A stretch of 64,000 nucleotides of DNA from an uncultured Acidobacteriota bacterium. Lineage in GTDB: Bacteria > Acidobacteriota > Vicinamibacteria > Vicinamibacterales > JAKQTR01. The position numbers and the translations under genes were made by a program. Every line of letters begins with the position of its first letter. The first letter of the stretch is position 1. Below the pieces are notes generated by a model. It saw only the letters and a list, made by a program, of their open reading frames with translations. It did not search any database and was not told where the DNA came from. The stretch is from assembly GCA_963843385.1 (NCBI GenBank), contig CAWJJY010000007.1, positions 1,974,028 through 2,038,027 on the forward strand, given 5' to 3'. Shown piece by piece: positions 8,927 through 17,513 of the stretch.

Positions 8927-9099
8927 CGAGTGTCCCTTCTCGCGCTACACAGAACTGGTCACGTTGCTGGGTTTAGACCCTCGGCCGGCGGCGGATGTTA
9001 CATCGAGAACCCTCGCAATTTGCATGATCGTTGCCCAGGTGTGTGACCTTCTGATATCTGAGTGGTCTAATAGGAATAAGCGAACGTGAAAGGTCATTC

Positions 9100-10806
9100 A
9101 TGCCATCAGCGGACCGGCTGATCCGTCACGGATGCTCTGTCGCCCGGCTTGCGATTCTGGCGGCGGTAACCGGGTGCGCCTCCCACGCGGGTCCCGTGAC
9201 CCGTGTCGATCTTCCCGTCCAGCCAGCTTCGGGCCTGGAACCGGACGAGCGGGCGGTCGTCCACGTCTTGAACCGGGCGACCTTCGGACCTCGCCCGGGC
9301 GATGCGATGGCGGTCGCTTCTCTCGGCATCGCACACTATCTGGATCTGCAGCTCCACCCGGATCGAGTGGACGACTCCGTCCTGGAAGCGCGTCTGGCGG
9401 CCATGCCCACCCTCTCGGCCACGCCTCGCGCCATCGCGGATGAATACGTGAAGCCGGCAGACATGGAACGGCGGCGCCGGCAGGCCGAGGTGGCGGCGGC
9501 GAACGCGGCTTCGATGGCGTCAGGCGGAGGCGCGGCCTCGACGGCTGCTGCCGCGCGGCCGCCCGAACCCGACGTGTTCAAGCGCGAGCGAGAGGTGCTC
9601 TCTGAGCTCAACGCGCAGAAGATTCTTCGTGCCGTCTACAGCGAACGGCAGCTGCAGGAGGTGCTGGTCGACTTCTGGTTCAACCACTTCAACGTCTTTG
9701 TGGGCAAGGGCGCGGACCGGCTCTACGTGGCGGAGTATGAAAACTCCGTTCTCCGGCCGCGCGTGTTCGGCACGTTCAGAAGCCTGCTGGGCGCCGTCGC
9801 AGAAAGTCCGGCCATGCTGTTCTATCTCGACAATTGGCTCAGCACCGACCCGAACGGACTGCACCCCGCGCCGGCTGCGCGGCTCACGGCGGGGCGGCGG
9901 GCCGGCCGGCCCCTGCCCGTGTCGCGGCCGCCGGTCAAGCCGGCCCAGGCACGCTCGGGCCTGAACGAGAACTACGCGCGCGAGCTGATGGAATTGCACA
10001 CGCTCGGCGTGGACGGCGGATACACCCAGCGCGACGTCACGGAGGTGGCCCGCTGCTTCACCGGCTGGACCATCGCCGGACCGAACAACGGCGGAGGGTT
10101 CTCGTTCGATCCGCGCCGGCACGACGAAGGGGAGAAGGTCGTGCTCGGTCACGTCATCAGGGCGGGCGGCGGGAAAAGCGACGGCGACAGGGTGCTCGAC
10201 ATCCTCGCGAGTCATCCATCGACGGCACGATTCGTTGCGACCAAGCTGGTGCGCCGCTTCGTCGCCGATGATCCGCCCGGGTCTCTGGTCGAACGGGCCG
10301 CGGCCCGGTTTCGAGAGACGCACGGAGATCTTCGAGAAGTCGTCCGCACGATTTTGATGTCCGGCGAGTTCGCCTCGCCGGGCACCTACGCATCCAAGGT
10401 GAAGACGCCTCTCGAGTTCGTTGTCAGCGCCCTGCGGGCGACCAGCGCGCGGGTCGACAATCCCGCGCCGGCCGTCAACGCGTTACGCGTGCTCGGCATG
10501 CCGGTCTACGGATGTCAGCCTCCAACCGGTTACGCGGACCGCGCCGACGCGTGGGCCGCTGCCGGGACGCTGCTCGAACGCATGAGCTTCGCCGCGGCCT
10601 TGTCGGCAAACCGGCTGCCAGGCATCTTCGTCGACCTGCCGAGCCTCGCGGGATCCGCCGAATCGGCGGTCGATCGCGCGCGGCTCGCTCACGTGTTGAT
10701 CGGACCCGATCAGACACCGGCCACCATCGCCGTTCTCGCCCGGCAGTCGAGCATTCGGGACGAGGTCGCGCTGGCGCTCGGATCACCTGACTTTCAGCGG
10801 CGTTGA
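9100..10806 (+). CDS. DUF1800 domain-containing lipoprotein
   Basis: Lipobox-like LAILAAVTGCAS. DUF1800 blocks: LVDFWFNHFNVFVGKG, NENYARELMELHTLGVDGGYTQRDV and CFTGWT. Its stop lies 9 nt before the ATG of its DUF1501 partner. Confidence 0.85.
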   Translation: MPSADRLIRHGCSVARLAILAAVTGCASHAGPVTRVDLPVQPASGLEPDERAVVHVLNRATFGPRPGDAMAVASLGIAHYLDLQLHPDRVDDSVLEARLAAMPTLSATPRAIADEYVKPADMERRRRQAEVAAANAASMASGGGAASTAAAARPPEPDVFKREREVLSELNAQKILRAVYSERQLQEVLVDFWFNHFNVFVGKGADRLYVAEYENSVLRPRVFGTFRSLLGAVAESPAMLFYLDNWLSTDPNGLHPAPAARLTAGRRAGRPLPVSRPPVKPAQARSGLNENYARELMELHTLGVDGGYTQRDVTEVARCFTGWTIAGPNNGGGFSFDPRRHDEGEKVVLGHVIRAGGGKSDGDRVLDILASHPSTARFVATKLVRRFVADDPPGSLVERAAARFRETHGDLREVVRTILMSGEFASPGTYASKVKTPLEFVVSALRATSARVDNPAPAVNALRVLGMPVYGCQPPTGYADRADAWAAAGTLLERMSFAAALSANRLPGIFVDLPSLAGSAESAVDRARLAHVLIGPDQTPATIAVLARQSSIRDEVALALGSPDFQRR

Positions 10807-10814
10807 GAGGTCCC

Positions 10815-12053
10815 ATGCTGACTCGTCGAGTGTTCCTGAAGAATGGTGCCCTGGCGTTCGTCACGCTGGGGCTCGGGCCACGGTTCCTCACCCGGACCGT
10901 CGAAGCGGCCGGCGCGCCCGGTCGCAGAAAGGTCCTGATCGCGATCTTCCAGCGCGGCGCCGTGGACGGTCTCAACGTGGTCGTCCCCTACGGCGAGGCA
11001 CCGTACTACCAGGGACGTCCAGGCATCGGCGTACCGCGGCCTCGGCTCATCGACGATGCCGCAATTGACCTGGACGGCTTCTTCGCGTTCCATCCTCGCC
11101 TCGCTCCGCTCAAGCCGATCTTCGATCGCCGGCACCTCGCCGTCATTCACGCGTGCGGCTCACCCGACCCGACGCGCTCGCACTTCGACGCGCAGGACTA
11201 CATGGAGAGCGCCACGCCAGGCAACAAGAGCACGAACGACGGCTGGCTCAATCGGACGCTGTTGGTTTCGCCCGACGCCGCGCCAACGCCGTTCAGGGCC
11301 GTCGCCCTGTCGCCGCAGCTCCCGCGGGCGCTGCTTGGACGAGCGCCTGCGCTCGCGCTCGGGCAACTGGCGCAGTTTGGCGTGCGAGGCGGATCCCCGT
11401 CGCTTTCCGATGCGTTCGCGGAGGAATACCGCTCCTCCACCGATCCGAGGCTCCGGGCGCAGGGCCGCGAGGCTTTTGAAGCCGTCAGGATGTTGAGGTC
11501 CGCCGCCCCGGCGACGTATCAGCCAGCAAGCGGCGCAGATTATCCGCGGTCGCCATTCGGAAACGCGCTCAAGGAAATTGCCCAGCTGGTGAAAGCGGAC
11601 GTCGGCGTCCAGGTCGCCTTCGCGGAGCTGGGCGGCTGGGATACCCACGTCAACCAGGGCGCATCGCTCGGACAGCTCGCCAACCGCCTCGACGACTTCG
11701 CCAGGAGCCTCGGCGCGTTGACACTGGACCTCGACGATCGGCTGGACGACGTGGTGATCATGACGATGTCGGAGTTCGGACGCACCGTGAAGCAGAACGG
11801 AAACGGCGGGACCGACCACGGTCACGGCAACGCGATGTTCGTGATTGGCGGGAACGTCCACGGCGGGCGCGTGCTCGGGCGATGGCCCGGACTGCGGCCC
11901 GAACAGCTCTACGAGGGCCGAGACCTCTCGGTGACCACCGACTTCCGTGATGTGTTCGGGGAAGTCCTCGAGCGCCACCTCGGCATCCAGGATCCCGGAC
12001 CCGTCTTCCCGGGCTACCGGCTCGAGCCGGCGCGATTCATCGGGCTGCTCTGA
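10815..12053 (+). CDS. DUF1501 domain-containing protein (partner of DUF1800), Tat-type signal
   Basis: MLTRRVFLKNGALAFVTLGL from ATG 10815. Motifs ELGGWDTHVNQG, MSEFGRTVKQNGNGGTDHGHGNAMFVIGGNVHGGRV. Confidence 0.85.
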   Translation: MLTRRVFLKNGALAFVTLGLGPRFLTRTVEAAGAPGRRKVLIAIFQRGAVDGLNVVVPYGEAPYYQGRPGIGVPRPRLIDDAAIDLDGFFAFHPRLAPLKPIFDRRHLAVIHACGSPDPTRSHFDAQDYMESATPGNKSTNDGWLNRTLLVSPDAAPTPFRAVALSPQLPRALLGRAPALALGQLAQFGVRGGSPSLSDAFAEEYRSSTDPRLRAQGREAFEAVRMLRSAAPATYQPASGADYPRSPFGNALKEIAQLVKADVGVQVAFAELGGWDTHVNQGASLGQLANRLDDFARSLGALTLDLDDRLDDVVIMTMSEFGRTVKQNGNGGTDHGHGNAMFVIGGNVHGGRVLGRWPGLRPEQLYEGRDLSVTTDFRDVFGEVLERHLGIQDPGPVFPGYRLEPARFIGLL

Positions 12054-12143
12054 TCCGCGCACTCAGCTGAGTTGACCACGCCCCTGGAAGGGAGCACGTG
12101 GGCTCTTGGCCCGCGTGCCCGGGGCGAAGGGGCTCTACACCAG

Positions 12144-12167
12144 TGGGCCACCGGGATTGGCGGCCCA
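12144..12167 (-). terminator. Hairpin 13 nt after the metzincin gene stop (minus-strand RNA UGGGCCGCC-AAUCCC-GGUGGCCCA)
   Basis: 9-bp stem including one G-U pair that forms only on the minus-strand transcript, with a 6-nt loop. No U tract follows, so the call is tentative. Confidence 0.4.
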
Positions 12168-12179
12168 AGCGCCTGACCC

Positions 12180-13115
12180 TTACGACTCGTCGCTTCGGCT
12201 GCCGGGGTCACCGACGAGCCGTCGCCAGCCGAACTGCACGTGCGGCAGTCGGCGCTCGATCCATCTCACCTCGTCTTCGTATCCCGTATCGTGCCAGTAA
12301 CGCTGCAGCCTGCGGTAGCGCTCGACGATGTCGAAGCCGATCGCCCAGTGGAGTTTCCGGAGATCCACCGGGCAGAGGTGCAGCGGGCGCCGATCGCTCT
12401 CCGCCATGTCGGCCGATCCGTTCATCAGGCACCGGTAGTAGATGCAGTGCGCCATGCCGATGATGTGACCGACCTCGTGCGCCACGACGCGACAGCAGCG
12501 CCGCTTCAGGACACGGCGGGCCGCGTGATCGGAATCGTCGCAGTAGGGCGGGCCGAAGCGGGCCATGCTGAACACGCCGACGCGGTTCTGCTCGGATGCC
12601 TCACCGAACACGAAGTTCACGATGGCGTGCGGGAACAGGTCGCGCGCGGTCATGCCGATCACGCACAGGGCGTCGGAGGGCCGCGCGGCCGCCGCAATCG
12701 CCGCGAGCAGATCGCCGGCGAGCACCTGCCGTGCACCCGACTCCCGGTCGATTCGCGTCGCGGTGGATCGGATGTCGAATCGCAGCGGCGGCAGCACCGA
12801 CGCCTCCAGGCCGAAGAACGCCCGGCAGAAGGCCGCGATTGAGTCGAGGCACGGGGCGGCATCGGGCGGAAGGTCATCGAACGGCTGCAGGCAGACCCGG
12901 CGGCGAGCCGGGTCGAGCCGGGCGGCGGTGCGGCAGTAGTCCTCGAAGGTCTGGCCCGATTCCTCATGGATGGCCAGCCAGTCGTGCGGCGCGGGAGGCT
13001 GAATCGGCTCGAAGCCAGGGTCGGGCTCGCACGCACGCCGCAACTCGGGCGGGAGATCGCTGGTCGAACCGAGCGCCTTCCGCCGCTCTCGGCGCGTCAG
13101 CGCTGCAGGCTGCAT
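12180..13115 (-). CDS. Archaemetzincin (peptidase M54, AMZ-like) zinc metalloprotease
   Basis: HEVGHIIGMAHCIYYRCLMNGSADMAESDRRPLHLCPVDLRKL fits the HExxHxxGxxHCxxxxCxM...CxxC archaemetzincin signature. Upstream blocks (PHDWLAIHEESGQTFEDY, DALCVIGMTARDLFPHAIVNFVFGEAS...VGVFSMARFG) resemble the long eukaryote-type AMZ proteins. Start uncertain: ATG 13115 (GAGG upstream; GC3 drops above it), or alternatively 13187 or 13346. Confidence 0.8.
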   Translation of the reverse strand: MQPAALTRRERRKALGSTSDLPPELRRACEPDPGFEPIQPPAPHDWLAIHEESGQTFEDYCRTAARLDPARRRVCLQPFDDLPPDAAPCLDSIAAFCRAFFGLEASVLPPLRFDIRSTATRIDRESGARQVLAGDLLAAIAAAARPSDALCVIGMTARDLFPHAIVNFVFGEASEQNRVGVFSMARFGPPYCDDSDHAARRVLKRRCCRVVAHEVGHIIGMAHCIYYRCLMNGSADMAESDRRPLHLCPVDLRKLHWAIGFDIVERYRRLQRYWHDTGYEDEVRWIERRLPHVQFGWRRLVGDPGSRSDES

Positions 13116-13506
13116 CGTCGCCTCGACGGGGCATCCGACATGGACGCAAACGACGGCCGATCGTTGCGGTCGAACAGATCGGACCATCAGTCTCCCATGC
13201 ACGACACGGGCCAGTATCCGAGGCGAGGCGGGCGCCGGTAGTGGCGTCGCTGGTTGAAGTTGCACGCCACGGAACCCGGGTCGCCCGATCGCCGGCGTTT
13301 CATTCTGCGACGATGCGCGGCACTTTGAGCCTCGACTCTGCGACACCTGACGCCGGTAGGTGTATGCTGGTCGCGATCATCGGTCGTGCAACAGGTGATC
13401 GCTCCTCAGGTACGCGGCCGACGGTCCACTGGCCGCACGAACGACGGAGCTCCCGACGCGTCGCTCCCCGCCCCTTCGATCATCCAGACCCCCGTGACTG
13501 GCGGTC

Positions 13507-15192
13507 ATGACACTCCATCGAGATCTGCAGCTCACGGAACTGCTGGAATTCCGACGGGAAGAGGGTCAGATCTGGATGCACGAGCAGCGGGTCCTGATCC
13601 TCAGCGCGGCGGCCATGGGTCTGCTGCGCAAGGAACTGATCGACACGCTGGGGCAGGACAACGCCCGGCATGTCCTGATGCGCTTCGGCTTCGCCGACGG
13701 TTATCACGACGCCATGGCGCTGCGTGAGCACTTCAACTGGCATGATCCGCTGGAGGGCCTCGCGCTCGGGCCGGCGCTCCACTCCCTCGAGGGGTTCGTG
13801 TTGGCGGATCTGATTCATCTCGACTTCGAGGCTCGCGAGGGCAGATTCGATGCGCGCGGGATGTGCCGCCATTCGTACGAGGCCGAGCAGCACCTCATTC
13901 AGCGTGGCGCGAGCGATGACCCCGTCTGCTGGACGCTCGTCGGGTACGCGAGCGGATATACGAGCGCGTGCACCGGGTTGGAGATCTATTTCAAGGAATT
14001 GGCGTGCGCGGCCGCGCACGCCCCCGAATGCACGCTCATCGGCAAGGACGCCGGCAGCTGGGAGGGTGAGGCCGAGCGCCTGCGGAGGGACTACCGCGGC
14101 CCCGTCCTTGCCGAGGAAGTCGCACGGATTACGGGCGCGGTGCACGCCGAGCGCCAGGCCACGGCCAAGCTGGAGCGAGGCATCGCACGGCAGTCGGTCG
14201 ACGTGGACCTGCTGCACCGGCGCGTGACCGACTACGCCCTCACCCACCACCTGGTGCTGGTCAGCCAGGCCCTTCGCGCCGCGCTCGAACTCGCCGCCCG
14301 GGTCGCTCCGCTCGATACGACCGTGCTCGTGAGCGGTGAGAGCGGCACGGGCAAGGAGGCCGTGGTCCGGATGATTCACGAGCAGAGTTCGCGCGCGCGC
14401 GGTCCGCTGGTGTGCATCAACTGCGCGGCCATGCCCGAGATGCTCCTGGAATCCGAGCTCTTCGGCCACGTAAGGGGCGCGTTCACCGACGCCGTGCGCG
14501 ACAAGGCAGGCCTCTTCGAGGTCGCGAGCAACGGCACGCTGTTCCTGGACGAGGTCGGCGAGATCCCGCTCTCGCTGCAGGCAAAGCTCCTCCGAGCCCT
14601 GCAGGACGGTGAGATCCGGCGCGTCGGCGGTGAGAAGACCATTCGCGTCAACACGCGCATCGTCGCGGCCACCAATCGCGACCTGCGGGGCGAGGTCCAG
14701 GCGGGGAGGTTCAGAGAAGATCTCTACTACCGGCTCGCGGCCTTCATGCTGACGGTGCCGCCGCTGCGCGAACGGCGAGAGGCCATCCCGGCGCTCGCGC
14801 AGGCGCTGCTGCAGCGCGTGTCGGCGCGGTGCGGAAAGCACGTGCTGACCATCGCGCCGGACGCGATGACCAGGCTGATGGACTATGAATGGCCCGGCAA
14901 CGTGCGGGAGTTGCAGCACGTGATCGAGAGCGCGGTCATCATGGCCACGGGCCCCCGGATCACCGCCGCGGAACTGCCTACCGATCTGCACGCGCCCGCC
15001 GGGGCACCCGCGGGGGGCTCCTCCTTCGATCTCACGCTGCACGAGCGTGAGGTCATCACCCAGGCGCTCGCGCGGTTCAAGGGCAACCGCCGCCGCGCGG
15101 CCGAAGCGCTGAACATCAGCCGGGCCACGCTCTGGAGGAAGATCAAGCGGTACGGGGTAACGCAGGCTGGCGACACCGACTCCGAGGCCTGA
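13507..15192 (+). CDS. Sigma-54-dependent transcriptional activator of the XylR/DmpR type (XylR_N + V4R sensor, AAA+ domain, Fis-type HTH)
   Basis: N-terminus: EGQIWMHEQRVLILSAAAMGLLRKELIDTLG..ARHVLMRFGFADGYHDA. V4R-like block: CWTLVGYASGYTSACTG...CAAAHAPECTLIGK. AAA+ motifs: SGESGTGKE, ESELFGHVRGAFTDA (a GAFTGA variant), LFLDEVGEI. C-terminal HTH: NRRRAAEALNISRATLWRKIKRYG. Confidence 0.9.
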   Translation: MTLHRDLQLTELLEFRREEGQIWMHEQRVLILSAAAMGLLRKELIDTLGQDNARHVLMRFGFADGYHDAMALREHFNWHDPLEGLALGPALHSLEGFVLADLIHLDFEAREGRFDARGMCRHSYEAEQHLIQRGASDDPVCWTLVGYASGYTSACTGLEIYFKELACAAAHAPECTLIGKDAGSWEGEAERLRRDYRGPVLAEEVARITGAVHAERQATAKLERGIARQSVDVDLLHRRVTDYALTHHLVLVSQALRAALELAARVAPLDTTVLVSGESGTGKEAVVRMIHEQSSRARGPLVCINCAAMPEMLLESELFGHVRGAFTDAVRDKAGLFEVASNGTLFLDEVGEIPLSLQAKLLRALQDGEIRRVGGEKTIRVNTRIVAATNRDLRGEVQAGRFREDLYYRLAAFMLTVPPLRERREAIPALAQALLQRVSARCGKHVLTIAPDAMTRLMDYEWPGNVRELQHVIESAVIMATGPRITAAELPTDLHAPAGAPAGGSSFDLTLHEREVITQALARFKGNRRRAAEALNISRATLWRKIKRYGVTQAGDTDSEA

Positions 15193-15305
15193 CGACGGGG
15201 AGTAGACAGGACGCCATCTCGGGGCCAACCTGCGCTGCACCCGACCCGCTTGCTCACGCCCAGAGGTGTGCGATCAGGACAAGGCGAGACGGCAATCCCG
15301 TCGCG

Positions 15306-17510
15306 TCAGCGGACGACGTACATCGGGAACCGCGGGAACGCGAAGGTCCCCGCCTGATCGTCGATGACGTTGACCTGGCACGTATAGAGGCCGGGTGCGA
15401 GCGAGCCGGGAGCGACCGTCAGCTGGAAGCCGACAGCCTTCCGGTCCGGGACGGTGAGCGCGTCGGCGGCGGTGACCTCGGTCTGATAGACCGGCCGCGA
15501 TCCCTTGAAGAAGGTCAGATTCGACAGCACGTGAACCGGCGCGCCCGGCGCTGGTCGGGAACTCCTGGCCGAGGCCGGCGGCGCGGCCTGTGCCCCAGAC
15601 GTCGTTGCCGGCTCCTTCTCAGCCGGTCTACCCGGATCGTACAACTCGTAGAAGACGGCGAACGGCTGACTGCCGGACACGACTCGCGCGACGCTCGGAA
15701 CGAGTTCATCGGTCCCGCGCACCAGCGGATCCACGGCCTTGCTCTTCTTCGACGCAGCCGGACGCATCGTCCCGAGAACAACCGAGCTGAGCTTCACGTC
15801 GGTCCGATCCAGGTTCGGCACGATCAGCGTGCTGTCGAGCGATCCGACCGTGCCGACCTGGTTCTCTCGCACGACGACCTTCAGCTTGTAGACTCCGGGC
15901 GGCAGCTCGAAGCTCGTGTCGTACTGAACATTCCGGCGCCGGACATCCTGCGTCGCGTTCACCGACAGCCGGACCGTGTCGCGAATCCATGCCACGGGAG
16001 TGTTCCGGCCGTCGCGCACCACGCCAAGCACGTCGAGCGACGCCCGCTCGGTATCGCTCGCCTTCGAGAACGGGATGTAGGACCCGGGTACGATCAGCCA
16101 GAGCGGCACGCGGTACCGGTTCTCCTGCAGCCGGAAATAGCCCGCTTCGCCATGCATGGGCAGGTCGGTCACTGCCAGGTCGGACAGCAGGTACTCCTGG
16201 AGCTGCTGCTCGCGGTCGTCGCGGCCGGAGTGTGAGAAATCACGCGGACCGTAGTAGCCGGAGCGGTACTCGAGCTTCAAGCCCTGACGCTTCGTTGCGA
16301 CCCTGATGCGGCGGTAGCGCCCGTCCCGGGCCGAGTTGGTGCTCGAGTACCCGAGGAGATAGTAGGCGGTCGTATCCTTGACGACCTGGTCGAAGACCAC
16401 GCCGAGATCGTTGGTGTCGAAGAAGGCGTGGCCGCCGGTATCCTCGGCGATCTTCGACAGGGTGTCCTGCGATGCGCTCATCTGGTTCCGCGCGTTCTCG
16501 ACGGTCCGGCCGGAAAATGCGCCCTGGCCTCTCACGCTGGCCTGGCTGGCATCACCGCCGGGCACCGAGGCCTGCAGGCCCCGTGCGTCGGCCGCGTAAA
16601 TCGACATGTTGGCGCGCACCGCGCGGTCGGTCAGCGTGCGGAGCGCGGCCTCGTTCTCCAGCCCCTGCTGGGTCATGCCCGAGCTGAAGTAGATGATGGA
16701 CTTCTTCTGCTCGATGCCTGCCAGCACGTCGGCCAGCGAGCGCAGGGCATCGATCCGGCGATCGGTATTGAAGATGTTGAACTCGGAGTCGTCTGCCGCG
16801 AACGCGTTGCCGGTGTCAGGCGTCTCGTCGGCCGCGCCGGTAGTACCTTCGGCGAAGCCGGCCGCCAAGGTCGGATCCAGGCTGTTCAGGGCGGTCAGCA
16901 GCGCCTGGCGATCCGTCGTGAAATCCTGGGGCACGCCGAGCGAGGTGCCGAGCGACACCACCGCCACGGTGTCGGCCGGAGACAGCTTCGTGTTGACGTA
17001 GTCGCGCGCCGACTGGATGGCGCGTGCGACATCTTCCGGCTGCATCGAGCTGACATCGAAGAAGAACACGAGCACCCGCCGGTCCCGGAGGTCCATGGCC
17101 GGGCGCGACGAGAGCGGGGCGGCCGGAGAAGCGGGTGCAACGGGCGCGGCCGGCGCCGGATTGACCGGCGCCTTGTTGAGGTTTGCCAGCAGCGGCGCGG
17201 CCGGTTCTACGGCGGCCGGCATCGGCGCGGTGTCGAGCTCCTCGAAATCGAACGTGCTGATCGACTGGGGCCGGTTGTCCTCGGTCACCACGAAGTCGTC
17301 AGCGGTCAGCCCACGCACGACCTGTCCGTTCTTGTCGCGAACCACCACGTTCACGATGACCATGTCGCGCGCGGCGCGGAAGGTCACCGTTGGCTGGGCG
17401 CCTTGCGGTACCCGCGACTGCTGCGACTGTGAGGCGTGCAGCGGCAGGCAGAACACGCCCGCCATCATGACGGCAACAAGGCGAGGACGGACGAGCAGGT
17501 GGCGTCGCAT
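15306..17510 (-). CDS. VWA domain-containing secreted protein (VWFA-related acidobacterial type)
   Basis: Signal peptide MRRHLLVRPRLVAVMMAGVFCLPLHASQ. N-terminal block: TFRAARDMVIVNVVVRDKNGQVVRGLTADDFVVTEDNRPQSISTFDF. MIDAS-like VLVFFFDVSSM. The start lies 3 nt after the stop of the upstream barrel gene. Confidence 0.8.
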   Translation of the reverse strand: MRRHLLVRPRLVAVMMAGVFCLPLHASQSQQSRVPQGAQPTVTFRAARDMVIVNVVVRDKNGQVVRGLTADDFVVTEDNRPQSISTFDFEELDTAPMPAAVEPAAPLLANLNKAPVNPAPAAPVAPASPAAPLSSRPAMDLRDRRVLVFFFDVSSMQPEDVARAIQSARDYVNTKLSPADTVAVVSLGTSLGVPQDFTTDRQALLTALNSLDPTLAAGFAEGTTGAADETPDTGNAFAADDSEFNIFNTDRRIDALRSLADVLAGIEQKKSIIYFSSGMTQQGLENEAALRTLTDRAVRANMSIYAADARGLQASVPGGDASQASVRGQGAFSGRTVENARNQMSASQDTLSKIAEDTGGHAFFDTNDLGVVFDQVVKDTTAYYLLGYSSTNSARDGRYRRIRVATKRQGLKLEYRSGYYGPRDFSHSGRDDREQQLQEYLLSDLAVTDLPMHGEAGYFRLQENRYRVPLWLIVPGSYIPFSKASDTERASLDVLGVVRDGRNTPVAWIRDTVRLSVNATQDVRRRNVQYDTSFELPPGVYKLKVVVRENQVGTVGSLDSTLIVPNLDRTDVKLSSVVLGTMRPAASKKSKAVDPLVRGTDELVPSVARVVSGSQPFAVFYELYDPGRPAEKEPATTSGAQAAPPASARSSRPAPGAPVHVLSNLTFFKGSRPVYQTEVTAADALTVPDRKAVGFQLTVAPGSLAPGLYTCQVNVIDDQAGTFAFPRFPMYVVR

Positions 17511-17513
17511 GGC

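Noticed and set aside
12061-12072. Perfect 12-nt palindrome ACTCAGCTGAGT just after the DUF1501 gene stop
   Set aside because: It has no loop and only a 4-5-bp effective stem, so it is a poor terminator. It is a single occurrence containing a PvuII-type CAGCTG site and could easily arise by chance.
13480-15240. Very long antisense ORFs opposite recognised genes, for example 13480..15240(-), 903..1811(-), 24018..25682(+), 34349..35896(+), 35905..37425(+), 37092..38531(-), 39944..41635(-), 43665..45233(+), 48866..50431(+), 52344..53495(+), 56453..57727(-), 62219..63673(-)
   Set aside because: - They are typical stop-codon-poor shadow frames of very GC-rich DNA.
- Their translations are Arg/Gly/Pro/Ala/His-rich with no family motifs.
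- The opposite frame in each case carries unambiguous family signatures.
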